Part shown: positions 9,249 to 18,339 of the stretch, piece after piece
How the letters are laid out: each line of letters starts with the position of its first letter
Position numbering within the stretch: position 1 is the first letter of the stretch
Assembly: GCA_963768765.1 (NCBI GenBank)
Contig: CAVYJK010000028.1
Span: forward strand, 48,576-112,575
Direction: 5' to 3'
DNA length: 64,000 bases
Source of the DNA: an uncultured delta proteobacterium
GTDB lineage: Bacteria > Desulfobacterota > Desulfobaccia > Desulfobaccales > 0-14-0-80-60-11
The notes under the pieces: model-generated
The model's input: only the letters and a program-made list of their open reading frames with translations
Databases searched by the model: none
Told to the model about the DNA's origin: nothing
Position numbers and translations under genes: made by a program

Positions 9249-10364
9249 CTAGAATCCCCGGCCCGACATGCGGGCCCAGAGCATGGCCACCGTGCGATAG
9301 ACCATGTGGGCCATCTTGGTGTACGGGGCATAGAAGAACAGGCAGAACACCGCGGTGAGATGCAGGAAATAGGTGGGATAGGCCAGGAGCTTGATGCCCA
9401 CCAGCCGGAAGAGCCAGGCCAGGAGTCCGGTGGCGCCTACGACAAAGATCACATAGATCAAGAACCAGTCATAGTAGGAGCCGTAGCCGGCCTTCTCCGC
9501 ATTGGCCTGGCGTTCCTTGATGATATTGAAGATCCCATAGAGCAGAGCCGCGGTACCCACCATGGCCAGCAATTTTATGGGCGACAATAGAAAGTACGGG
9601 GATTCGTGATGCAACACCCACTCATTGAGGAACCCCCAGGAAGTGACCACCGCTAAAAAGATAAACCCGAACAGCAAGAACAGATGGTTCGTGGACCGGT
9701 TATAGGTGGTTTCGCACAGCCGGAACCGGTTGTGCATCAGGATATCTTTCAGGGTGGCGATGAGATTGCCCACCAGGTTGCCTTCCACCTTGACCCGCCA
9801 GGGATTGGTACTGTTGATGTCCTTCCAGAAGCACAGCACCCCCTTGGCCAGCACCGCCACCGCAAAGAAAAAGGCGGGGACGAAGATGGCGTCTATCAGC
9901 AGGGTGGGGAAGAAGTGGGAGTAGACAATGGGCCCTTCCGGAATGCCCCAATGACCGGTGATCTTCAGGGCCAGGGCCAGCAGCACCACCGGAAAGGCGA
10001 TGAGCAGGGGGAGGAACTTGGAGTCCCCCACCAGCCGGGCCAGCAAGGGCGGCGTGGCATAGGTCTCGATGCACATCTTCCGGAGCACGTTCATCACTTC
10101 GCCGGGTTTGGCCCCCCGGGGACAATAGACGGTGCAATCGCTGCAGTGATGGCACAGCCAGATGTCGGGGTCCTTGACCACGTCCTTCAAGCCCCACTGG
10201 GCCTGAAGCATCTCTTTCCGGGGGAAGGGCTTGCTATCGGGAGTGGGATTGCAGACCACCGAGCAGGTGTCGCACTGGTAGCATTTCTTTACCGTGTCCC
10301 CCCCGGCGGCCATGACCCGGTTGATGAATTGCAGGTCCGGCTTGATCAAAGTTTCGCCTGCCAT
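9249..10364 (-). CDS. qmoC: Quinone-interacting membrane-bound oxidoreductase subunit C (HdrC-like 4Fe-4S domain + HdrE/NarI-like membrane heme b domain)
   Basis: N-terminal CYQCDTCSVVCNP and CHHCSDCTVYCPRG ferredoxin motifs, followed by about 6 TM helices. It is located directly after qmoB. Confidence 0.9.
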   Translation of the reverse strand: MAGETLIKPDLQFINRVMAAGGDTVKKCYQCDTCSVVCNPTPDSKPFPRKEMLQAQWGLKDVVKDPDIWLCHHCSDCTVYCPRGAKPGEVMNVLRKMCIETYATPPLLARLVGDSKFLPLLIAFPVVLLALALKITGHWGIPEGPIVYSHFFPTLLIDAIFVPAFFFAVAVLAKGVLCFWKDINSTNPWRVKVEGNLVGNLIATLKDILMHNRFRLCETTYNRSTNHLFLLFGFIFLAVVTSWGFLNEWVLHHESPYFLLSPIKLLAMVGTAALLYGIFNIIKERQANAEKAGYGSYYDWFLIYVIFVVGATGLLAWLFRLVGIKLLAYPTYFLHLTAVFCLFFYAPYTKMAHMVYRTVAMLWARMSGRGF

Positions 10365-10376
10365 GGATCATACCTC

Positions 10377-12545
10377 CTAGAATTCCTTGAAGGGGTTGGG
10401 ACCGATCTCTTTCACCCGGGCCACAAATTCGTTGATGATCTGCGGCAGGCGGTCGAAGTCGGAGTGGGCTATCTGGTACATTTGCACCCGGTCGGCTTCC
10501 AGGCCCAGTTTGTCCAGGGTTTCGGAGAGCTTGCCCAAGCGATATTCGCACAATTCACTGCCCTTGGCGAAGTGGCACTGGTAGTCGTCGCCGGATTTGC
10601 AGCCCAGGAGAATGATGCCGTCAATTCCCCGGGACAGGACGTCGGATACCCATACCATGTTGAAGGAGCCCAGGCAGCGCAGGGGGAGGAAGCGGACCCT
10701 GGGGTCGAAGCGCAGCTTGTGGAGTCCGGCCGCGTCCAGGGCCGGCATGGCGTCGTTTTCACACACCATGCCGATAATGCGAAAAGGCGCATCTTCCGCA
10801 TCTTCATCCTCAAGTTCCGGTACGTCCAGCGACTTGAGCATGGAGCCGACGATGTCGACGCTGTAGTCCTTGAAGGAGACGATGCGCTCGGGGCAGGACC
10901 CCATGCAGGTGGCGCAACGGCGACAGCGGTTGATCTTGAAGAAGGGAGTGCCCTTTTCGTCTTCTTCGATGGCGCCGAAGGGACATTCCTCGGTGCAGCG
11001 CTTACAGGAGGTGCAGCGCTGCATGAAGGGGTCCGGGAAGGTTTCGTCCCAGGCCCGGGGATGCACCGCCATGCCCTCGGCCACGTGCTCCACCGCCTGA
11101 ATCGCCTTCATGGCGGCGCCGGCGCCGTCCTCCATGGCCATGGGAATGGTCATGGCCTGGCGCACCGTGCCCGCGGCATAGACCGCGGTCCGCCGGGTTT
11201 CATACGGGAAGCAGATGAAGTTGGAATCGGCAAAGCCGTTATAAACCTCGGTTTCCGGCAGGCCCGGACCCTGGCGGTAATCCAGGTTGAGAACCGGCTC
11301 GTCCAGGGTGACCGGGACCAAGCCGGTGGCCAGGACCACCAGGTCGGCCTCGAAGGCCACGTTGTCGCCAAACAGGGTGTCGCTGGCGGTAATCTTCAGT
11401 TTGCCGTTGTCTCCCAGGCTGACCTCGCTGATCTCCGCCTTGGTGAGCATCACCCCGGGGTCCGACTGCACCTGCTTGTAGAACAGCTCGCTCTGCCCCG
11501 GGGTGCGGATGTCCTTATAGAGGATCATGGCCATGCCGTTGGGGTTCTGCTGGCGCACATAGAGGGCCTGCTTCAAAGAAGCCAGGCAGCAGAAGTCGGA
11601 GCAATATGGCAGGTGCTCCGGGTCCCGGGAGCCGGCGCACTGGATGAAGGCCACGGTTTCGGGGACCTTGCCGTCGGAGGGCCGGGCGATTGTGCCCTTC
11701 TTGGCCATCTCCTCCATCTCGAGGTTGGTGATCACGTCCGGGGACAGACCGTAGCCCAGCTTGGTGAGCTTGGTGGCGTCGTAAGGCCGCCAACCGGCCG
11801 CCAGGACGACGGCCCCTACCCGCAGGGTTTCCAGGTTGCCGCCCGCCTTGATGTGGGCATCCAGCAGGCCGGGCTGGCCCTCGATTTTCTCGATCTCAGC
11901 CGAGGTGAAGACCCGGATGGCGGGATGGCCCTGGACTTCCTGGACCTTCTTGAAGATCACGGGCTCCTGGAGGGCGGCATAGGGATAGCTGGAAGGGGTC
12001 TGGCGGTGCATCTTGGCGGCATAGCCGCCCAGTTCCGCCTCTTTTTCCACCAGGACCACCTGGTAGCCGTCGTTGGCCGCTTCCAGGGCAGCGCTCAAGC
12101 CCGCGGCGCCGCCGCCGATGACCAGGATGGTTTTGTCGCATTCGGTCTGGTACGGCTCGGGCAGCTCGGATTTCTTCACCCGGGCGCAGTACATGCGCAG
12201 ATAGTCTTCCGCCAGGGCCTGGGTGTGCTCATTCTGGGGTTCCTGGGTCCAGGCCACCAGTTCCCGGATATTGCAGCGCTCCACCAGGACCCCGGGGAAA
12301 TCCAGCTCCTCGTACTTCACCCGGGGGGAGCAGGCGGCGATGACCAGGGCGTTGATGCCCTCGCCTTCCGGTTTGATATCTTCCAAGATCATGGCCCGGG
12401 CCTCGGGGCTGCACATGATGTCGTGCTCTTTGATGTGCTGAATCTTGCCTTCTTTTTTGATCACCTTGGTAAGGCTCTCAAAATCTATGGCATCGCCGAT
12501 GCCACAGCCCTTGCACAAGTAGACTCCGAATTTCTTTTCCATCAC
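10377..12545 (-). CDS. qmoB: Quinone-interacting membrane-bound oxidoreductase subunit B (HdrA-like flavoprotein with 4Fe-4S and MvhD-like C-terminus)
   Basis: 722 aa. It has the FAD fold VIGGGAAGLSAALEAA, CTSCKRCTEECPFGAI and CRRCATCMGSCP. Its start overlaps the qmoA stop by 4 nt. Confidence 0.9.
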   Translation of the reverse strand: MMEKKFGVYLCKGCGIGDAIDFESLTKVIKKEGKIQHIKEHDIMCSPEARAMILEDIKPEGEGINALVIAACSPRVKYEELDFPGVLVERCNIRELVAWTQEPQNEHTQALAEDYLRMYCARVKKSELPEPYQTECDKTILVIGGGAAGLSAALEAANDGYQVVLVEKEAELGGYAAKMHRQTPSSYPYAALQEPVIFKKVQEVQGHPAIRVFTSAEIEKIEGQPGLLDAHIKAGGNLETLRVGAVVLAAGWRPYDATKLTKLGYGLSPDVITNLEMEEMAKKGTIARPSDGKVPETVAFIQCAGSRDPEHLPYCSDFCCLASLKQALYVRQQNPNGMAMILYKDIRTPGQSELFYKQVQSDPGVMLTKAEISEVSLGDNGKLKITASDTLFGDNVAFEADLVVLATGLVPVTLDEPVLNLDYRQGPGLPETEVYNGFADSNFICFPYETRRTAVYAAGTVRQAMTIPMAMEDGAGAAMKAIQAVEHVAEGMAVHPRAWDETFPDPFMQRCTSCKRCTEECPFGAIEEDEKGTPFFKINRCRRCATCMGSCPERIVSFKDYSVDIVGSMLKSLDVPELEDEDAEDAPFRIIGMVCENDAMPALDAAGLHKLRFDPRVRFLPLRCLGSFNMVWVSDVLSRGIDGIILLGCKSGDDYQCHFAKGSELCEYRLGKLSETLDKLGLEADRVQMYQIAHSDFDRLPQIINEFVARVKEIGPNPFKEF

Positions 12546-13804
12546 GACCTCCTGCCCGCGGCGCTGAGACTTTTAAGGGCGGCCCCGGTGGCATCTTCAT
12601 TGGATTTCATCACATCCAGAGGGCCCTTCAAAGTACCCACGGCGCAGATTCCCGGCGGCAGCAGTTCCTGAATAATGAAGCCATCCGGGGTGTAAGACAG
12701 CGGCAGGGGGAAGGGGGAGGCCTTGGTGGAGGGCACCATGCCCGCGGCCAGGACCACCATATCGAAGGTCATGGACTGCTTGTCGCCCACCGCGGTGTCT
12801 TCGGCCACCACCACGACGTTGTCGGTTCCGGGCTCTTGGTTGATCTTGGCCACCTTGCCCCTGATGAGGTGGACCTTTTCATCGTCCCGCACCTTCCAGA
12901 GAAACTGCTCGTAGCGGCCCGGGGCCCTGAGGTCGATGTAGAAGATGTAGACCTCGGTCTCCGGGTCCTTCTCCCGGAGATAAGTCGCCTGCTTCAGGGA
13001 CGCCATGCAGCAGATATAAGAGCAGTACGGCAAGTGGTTCTCATCCCGGGAGCCGGCGCACTGGACGAAGGCCACCTTTTTGGGGGGCTGCTGGTCCGAG
13101 GGGCGCAGAATCTGGCCGCCGGTGGGGCCGTTGGACGCCGCCAGGCGCTCCATCTGCATGTTGGTGATGACGTTGGCCACGACGCCGAACCCCAGGTTGT
13201 CCGCTTTGGAAATATCATAGAGTTCCCAGCCGCTGGCCATGATAATGGCACCCACGTTGAAATTCAGGGTCTGGGGCTTTTCGTGCAGGTCGATGGCGTC
13301 GTACTTGCATGCCTCCAGGCACTTCTGGGCGCAATCGCCGTTGCAGACGGTTTTGTCGATGACATACTTTTGCGGAAAGGCATAATCAAAGGGGATGTAA
13401 GCGGCTTTGGTCTTGTCCAGACCGAAGTTAAAATCGTTAACCCGCCAGGCGGTGCAGGCTTGGGCACAGGCATCGCAAGCCACGCACCGGTCGTTGACGT
13501 AGCGTGGATGCACCTTGACGGTGACGTCGAAGTTGCCGGCCCCACCGCTGATCTGGGTAACCTCCGCCATGGTATAGAAGCTGATGTTGGGGTTTTCCTT
13601 GATCCGGCGGAATTGGATCTCCAGGCCGCAGGTGGGCGGGCAGAGCTTGGGAAAATATCGGTGGAGCTGGGCTACCCGGCCGCCCAGGTAGGGGCCCTTC
13701 TCGGTGAGAATTACCTGAGCCCCGGCTTCCGCCGCCTCCACGGCCGCGGTGAGGCCGCTTATGCCTCCCCCGATGACCAGAATTTTGCGGTTATCGGCTT
13801 TCAC
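12542..13804 (-). CDS. qmoA: Quinone-interacting membrane-bound oxidoreductase subunit A (HdrA-like flavoprotein)
   Basis: 420 aa with ILVIGGGISGLTAAVEAAEAG and HdrA-type Cys motifs. It is the first gene of qmoABC, downstream of aprA. Confidence 0.9.
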   Translation of the reverse strand: MKADNRKILVIGGGISGLTAAVEAAEAGAQVILTEKGPYLGGRVAQLHRYFPKLCPPTCGLEIQFRRIKENPNISFYTMAEVTQISGGAGNFDVTVKVHPRYVNDRCVACDACAQACTAWRVNDFNFGLDKTKAAYIPFDYAFPQKYVIDKTVCNGDCAQKCLEACKYDAIDLHEKPQTLNFNVGAIIMASGWELYDISKADNLGFGVVANVITNMQMERLAASNGPTGGQILRPSDQQPPKKVAFVQCAGSRDENHLPYCSYICCMASLKQATYLREKDPETEVYIFYIDLRAPGRYEQFLWKVRDDEKVHLIRGKVAKINQEPGTDNVVVVAEDTAVGDKQSMTFDMVVLAAGMVPSTKASPFPLPLSYTPDGFIIQELLPPGICAVGTLKGPLDVMKSNEDATGAALKSLSAAGRRS

Positions 13805-14014
13805 ACAGGTCCTCCTTCAGGACGTTCTGCAAGTCAGGGCATGAGGCCGGCAGCGAGGCCGACCAGGCCCTAAGACTCACTTTGCGCTTATTACTATAAC
13901 ATTGTGAATAGAGGTGCAAGGGAAAAAATCCCGCTCTGGTGGGGAGTTGAGTCGCGCCCCTAAAAAAATGGCCGTGGCTGGCCGGGGGGCCTGGTACCAC
14001 GGCCAAAAGACATC

Positions 14015-14044
14015 CCGGGGCTTCGGGATCCCCCGAAGCCCCGG
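14015..14044 (-). terminator. Perfect 13-bp stem-loop between aprA and qmoA (partial terminator, attenuator or mRNA-stabilising hairpin)
   Basis: The arm ccggggcttcggg (14015-14027) pairs with cccgaagccccgg (14032-14044) around a 4-nt loop. On the minus strand it is followed by GAUGUCUUUUGG and begins 14 nt after the corrected aprA stop. Confidence 0.5.
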
Positions 14045-14057
14045 AACCTAGCCGTTG

Positions 14058-16024
14058 TTACTTGACGAGCTGTTTGTAAGGCTCGGTCTCGAACTTCCAC
14101 TCGTTGGTCTTGGCTTGTCGTACGGCGAGATGGTGAAGACCTTCCACTTGTTGTCGTCGATCTTCAGGAAGTCTGTGCGGTAGTAGTAGCCGGGATAGCG
14201 GCTCTCTTCCCGGAACAGGATGTGGCGCAGGTGGGCCTCACCGGCCAGGATGCGGTGGTAGTTTTCCCAGGCCCGCATCAGCTCGTGCAGGTCGGCCGCC
14301 GCCATGTGCTGGGCGTCTTCCTTGAGCATGGTAAGCCGCTCCAGGCCGATCCCCAGCATGATCTTGTTGGTGGCGTAATTGCTAGCGCAGCCGGCGCAGT
14401 ACTCATCCATCAGCTTCTGCAGCCGGGCCTGGACCTGCTTGGGCCGCAGGTAGTTGGGGTTGATGTCCGGAGCGGTGGTGTAGTCTTTGTACTTCTCGAA
14501 GATCTCAAAGGGCAGGTAGATCTCGGCGATGACCTCGTCGATGTCCTGCGCGGCCTCGAGCTTGTCGTTCTTGTGGTCCAGGATGAAGGCGATGGCGCCC
14601 TTGGCGGCCATGCGGCCCTCAGCGTGGGAGCCGGAGGAGAACTTGTGCCCGGAGGCGCCGACGCCGTCACCGGCGGTGAACAGGCCGGTCACGGTGGTCA
14701 TGCGGTCATAGCCCCAGAACCAGTCGTCGGGGGCGCCGATGTAGCCCTTGGAGGGGCCGGAGACCCACAGACCGGCGCAACCGGCGTGAGAACCCAGCAG
14801 GTAAGGCTCCGAGGGCATGATCTCCGAGGGCTTCTTGTCAGGCTCGATGTTCAAGGAGGCCCACAGGCAGGCGGCGGAGATGGACATATCCAGGAAGTCT
14901 TCCCAGGCTTCCGCTTCCAGGTGCTTGAGCTCTTTTTTGCTGAGGACCTTGGCCAACTCGGCCATGGCCTTGTCGGTGTGCATCAGGATGGGGCCGCGGC
15001 CTTCCTTTATTTCAATCATCTGCACATGGTTGCGCAGGCAGGTGCCGGGGTTATCGGCATAGCCGGGATAATCAGCCTTAAGCTGCGCCAGGTTCCGGAC
15101 CATGGCGTCTTCGCCGTAGGCGTTGGTGGCCTGGGCCTTGAAGAACAGGAACCAGGCGCCCACCGGGCCGTAGCCGTCCTTGAACCGGGTCGGCACGAAA
15201 CGGTTCTCCATGAGGACCATCTTGGCGCCGATTTCGGCGGGCATGGCGTAGGTGGAGCCGGCGTTCCACACCGGGTACCAGGCGCGGCCCTGACCTTCCT
15301 GCACCGACCGGGGCCGGAAGACGTTGACCACGCCGCCGCAGGCGATGATCATGGCCTTGCACTTGAAGACGTAGGTCTTGTGCTCGCGCACGCTGAAGCC
15401 CACCGCGCCGCAGACGCGGTTGGGGTCTTTCTTGTCGGTCAACAGCTTCACGATAAAAACGCGCTCATAGATGTTGTCCATGCCCAGGGCGTTCTTCGCC
15501 GCTTCCGCCACGATCACCTTGTAGGACTCACCGTTGATCATGCACTGCCAGCGGCCGGAACGGACGCATTTGCCGCCGTCTTTCAAGAGCGGAATGCCCT
15601 CGTCCTTGGCCACCTGGCCGTCCACGGTGTGGCCTTCGGCGTCTTTCTTCCAGATGGGCAGGCCCCACTCTTCGAAGTCCATGACGGTCTGGTCCACGTG
15701 GCAGCCCAGGGAGTGGATCAGGTCTTCCCGGACGATGCCCATGAGGTCGGTGCGCACGTATTTGACGTAGTCATCCACCTTGTTTTCCGGGCCGACGAAG
15801 GTGTTGATGGCCGAGAGACCCATGGCCACCGCGCCGGAACGGTCCATGGCGGCCTTGTCCACCAGGGTGACCTTCAGACCGGCGGCTTTGGCCCAGGCCG
15901 CAGCTTCAACCGCGGCGCCGGTGCAGGCCATGCCGCCACCCACCAGCAGCAGGTCGGTCTCGATGGTTTCTACCGGCGGTTTCGCACAAAAAGACCATTT
16001 ACAAAATTCTCTTTCCAGAGCCAT
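14058..16024 (-). CDS. aprA: Adenylylsulfate (APS) reductase alpha subunit; one frame disruption near 14112 close to the 3' end
   Basis: The FAD site TDLLLVGGGMACTGAAVEAA and homology throughout identify it. The track ORF ends in a nonsense tail (RPTSGSSRPSLTNSSSSNNG). Shifting one frame at about 14112 (apparent GG to G) gives AKTNEWKFETEPYKQLVK followed by a stop at 14058-14060, a typical AprA C-terminus. Confidence 0.95.
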
Positions 16025-16063
16025 ATCTCATTGACCTCCTTGAATTTTCGCTGCTGCGATGGG

Positions 16064-16489
16064 TTACTCGGTCCGGGCCGCGCCGGTGAAGAAACCGGGT
16101 TTCTTCAGGCCGGCCATGTCGCTGGGCATGGTTTTGCCCTTGAAACAATCGATGGAACCTTCCGTCGTGGTCCGGATGGGGAACTTGAACCGCTTGATGG
16201 TCTTCTGATCCCGGAACTTGATGGTCCACATGATGTTGTCCGTGCCCCGCAGGGGGAAGGTGCTGGAGCCCAGGGGCATGATATCCGCATAGTGGCGGAC
16301 TTCGATGGCCTGCTGGGGGCAGATCTTCACGCAGTTGAAGCATTCCCAGCACTGATCCGGCTCCTGGTTGATGGCCTTTTTGCTCTCGGCGTTCAGGACC
16401 ATCAGGTCATTGGGGCAAATGTACTGGCAAGCGGTCTTGTCCAGGGCTTTGCAGCCGTCACATTTTTCCACGATTACGAAACTCGGCAT
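16064..16489 (-). CDS. aprB: Adenylylsulfate (APS) reductase beta subunit (2x[4Fe-4S])
   Basis: 141 aa beginning MPSFVIVEKCDGCKALDKTACQYICPNDLM, with CWECFNCVKICPQQAI. It lies immediately upstream of aprA. Confidence 0.95.
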   Translation of the reverse strand: MPSFVIVEKCDGCKALDKTACQYICPNDLMVLNAESKKAINQEPDQCWECFNCVKICPQQAIEVRHYADIMPLGSSTFPLRGTDNIMWTIKFRDQKTIKRFKFPIRTTTEGSIDCFKGKTMPSDMAGLKKPGFFTGAARTE

Positions 16490-16588
16490 AACGTAAAACC
16501 TCCTCTTAGGATTAAGCGGTTATCTTTTATAACCTCATGGTGTGCCGGGCGGAAGGCCGCCTGCCGTCCGGCTCCCAACTTTCCACAA

Positions 16589-17821
16589 CTACTTCTTGGC
16601 CGAGATTTCCCCGGTGGCAAAGCCGTGAACCTTAACTTCCACCTTCTCGGTCAGGCCCCGGTAGTACTTCCGCAGCACCGCCAGGACTTCGGGGCGGCTG
16701 AAGTGATCCGGCACTTCCATGTCTTCGGACAGCATCTTGCGCAGCATGGTGCCGGAGAGCATCAGACGGTCTTCCTTGCCGTGGCAGCAGGTGCGCATGG
16801 AAGCCATGCCGTCGCACTTGTGGCAGTAGAAGGTCCAGTCGATGGGCAGCGGTTTCAGCTCCAGAGCGTCCTTGGGAATCTGATGGAAGATCTTCTGGGC
16901 GTCGAAGGGGCCGTAGTACTCGCCCACGCCGGCGTGGTCCCGGCCGACGATGAGGTGGGAGCAGCCGAAATTCTGGCGGAACACCGCATGGAACAGGGCT
17001 TCCCGGGGGCCGGCGTAGCGCATATCCAGGGGATAACCGGACTGGATGACGGTGTCCTTCACGAAATAGTACTTGGTGAGGACATCGATGGCCTCGGTGC
17101 GCACCTCCGCCGGGATGTCGCCGGGTTTCAGTTTGCCCAGTAGCTGGTGGATCAGGACGCCGTCGCAGACCTCGATGGCGACCTTGGCCAGGTACTCGTG
17201 GGAGCGGTGCATGGGGTTCCGGAGCTGCAGGGCCGCAATGGTGTTCCAGCCTTTCTCTTCGAACATGCGCCGGGTTTCCCAGGGGCGCATATAGAGGCCG
17301 GGATACTGTTTCGGGAAGGGACCTTCGCTCCAGACCTTCACCGGGCCCGCCAGGTTCACGTCGGCCTGCCCCATGACCATGCGCACCCCGGGGTGCTCCA
17401 TGTCGTCGGTGGTGAAGACCTGCTTGCACTCAAACTTCTTGTCAATCTTGTACTTTTCGGTGACCTTCATGGTCCCCATCCGCTCTTCGGTCTCTTCATC
17501 CACCAGCAGCACTTCCTGGCCGATCTTGATGGAGTCGGCCTTGCCCTGGGTGGTGGACAGGGTGACGGGGATGGGCCAGAAAGTCCCGTCCGTCAGCTTC
17601 ATGGCATCGCTGCAGGAGCCTTTCCAGTCATCGTGGCCCATGAAGCCGTCCAGGGGGGTGAAGCCGCCGATCCCCATCATGATGAGGTCGGCCGTTTCCC
17701 GGGAGGTCATGGTGACTGCGGTCAGTTCCTTGATCCGTTTCTTTTCTTCGGCCACCTCGGCTGGTGAAAGCAGCAAGGGTTTTAATTTCTTCTCTTTACC
17801 GTGTGGATTTACCAAGGCCAT
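16589..17821 (-). CDS. sat: Sulfate adenylyltransferase (ATP sulfurylase)
   Basis: 410 aa with [14 protein letters not shown] and [10 protein letters not shown] motifs. A strong GGAGG RBS lies upstream. Confidence 0.95.
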   Translation of the reverse strand: MALVNPHGKEKKLKPLLLSPAEVAEEKKRIKELTAVTMTSRETADLIMMGIGGFTPLDGFMGHDDWKGSCSDAMKLTDGTFWPIPVTLSTTQGKADSIKIGQEVLLVDEETEERMGTMKVTEKYKIDKKFECKQVFTTDDMEHPGVRMVMGQADVNLAGPVKVWSEGPFPKQYPGLYMRPWETRRMFEEKGWNTIAALQLRNPMHRSHEYLAKVAIEVCDGVLIHQLLGKLKPGDIPAEVRTEAIDVLTKYYFVKDTVIQSGYPLDMRYAGPREALFHAVFRQNFGCSHLIVGRDHAGVGEYYGPFDAQKIFHQIPKDALELKPLPIDWTFYCHKCDGMASMRTCCHGKEDRLMLSGTMLRKMLSEDMEVPDHFSRPEVLAVLRKYYRGLTEKVEVKVHGFATGEISAKK

Positions 17822-17877
17822 CTAGTTCCCTCCTCGGGCTTAAATATTTTTTAGTCTCTGGCAGGTCTAAATAAAAA

Positions 17878-17893
17878 TGTGAAATATTTCACA
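17878..17893. promoter_or_regulatory. Rex-box-type operator (perfect palindrome TGTGAAATATTTCACA) in the sat leader
   Basis: This perfect 16-bp palindrome matches the Rex consensus TGTGAA-N4-TTCACA and also fits the CRP/FNR pattern TGTGA-N6-TCACA. It lies 57-72 nt upstream of the sat ATG and just downstream of the predicted -10 element. Confidence 0.6.
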
Positions 17894-17909
17894 TGCCATT
17901 CAGATTTTC

Positions 17910-17938
17910 ACATTAATCCATCTCTCAAGCCTTGTCAA
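17910..17938 (-). promoter_or_regulatory. Sigma-70-type promoter candidate for sat (TTGACA-N17-TAATGT)
   Basis: On the minus strand the -35 TTGACA is the complement of 17933-17938 and the -10 TAATGT is the complement of 17910-17915, with a 17-nt spacer. Confidence 0.45.
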
Positions 17939-18046
17939 TAATATTTTTCACGAAGTCATCTTTTTGCCGCCGCCGGCTCCTAACCCACGTAAAACCTACC
18001 TAGTGGACTGTATCGTAATTAACCCAACGCAAAAATCACCTTAATT

Positions 18047-18158
18047 CCCTCCCCCTTGAAGGGGGAGGGTCAGGGTCGGGGTGAAAATAGTCCAGTAATG
18101 GCGTTGAATTAATAAATTTTCCCCCCTCACCCTAACCCTCTCCCCCGAGGGGAGAGGG
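18047..18158. repeat. Family G MITE-like element: two inverted hairpin modules
   Basis: Hairpin 1 is CCCTCCCCC-ttgaa-GGGGGAGGG (18047-18069) followed by tcagggtcggggtga. Hairpin 2 is CCCTCTCCCC-cga-GGGGAGAGGG (18136-18158), preceded by the inverted flank cccccctcaccctaaccc. A related copy sits at about 35868-35905. Confidence 0.7.
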
Positions 18159-18232
18159 GATCTTTAAGGACATTTATCAGAATAGCTAATGGCGAAACAC
18201 ACCACTGGCAAGCTGTTGAACAACCCGTTTTC

Positions 18233-18305
18233 TGTCACCCTGAGCCGAAGGCGAATGGTCTAGTCCGTTGAAATTACTAGATTCTGCCCGGCGCTCAGAA
18301 TGACA
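18233..18305. repeat. Family F 73-bp MITE-like element with 13-bp terminal inverted repeats TGTCAYYCTGMGC
   Basis: The termini are tgtcaccctgagc and gctcagaatgaca. A second copy is at 35959-36030 (tgtcattctgcgc ... gttcaggatgaca). Confidence 0.75.
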
Positions 18306-18339
18306 GCTGGAAGTAATCGGCGGGTTTTCTGCAGCCTGC

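Noticed and set aside
9684-12671. 995-aa plus-strand ORF, with similar giants at 14222..17143 (973 aa), 27223..28944 (573 aa), 44878..46449 (523 aa), 46585..47745, 33819..35248, 41663..42505 and 50735..51958
   Set aside because: These are antisense shadow ORFs typical of GC-rich DNA. They are Gly/His/Arg/Pro/Val-rich, low in complexity and have no recognisable motifs. Each lies exactly opposite a gene with strong family signatures (qmoB/C, aprA/sat, nrdJ, iorA/B, ptsI, ffh, AKR).
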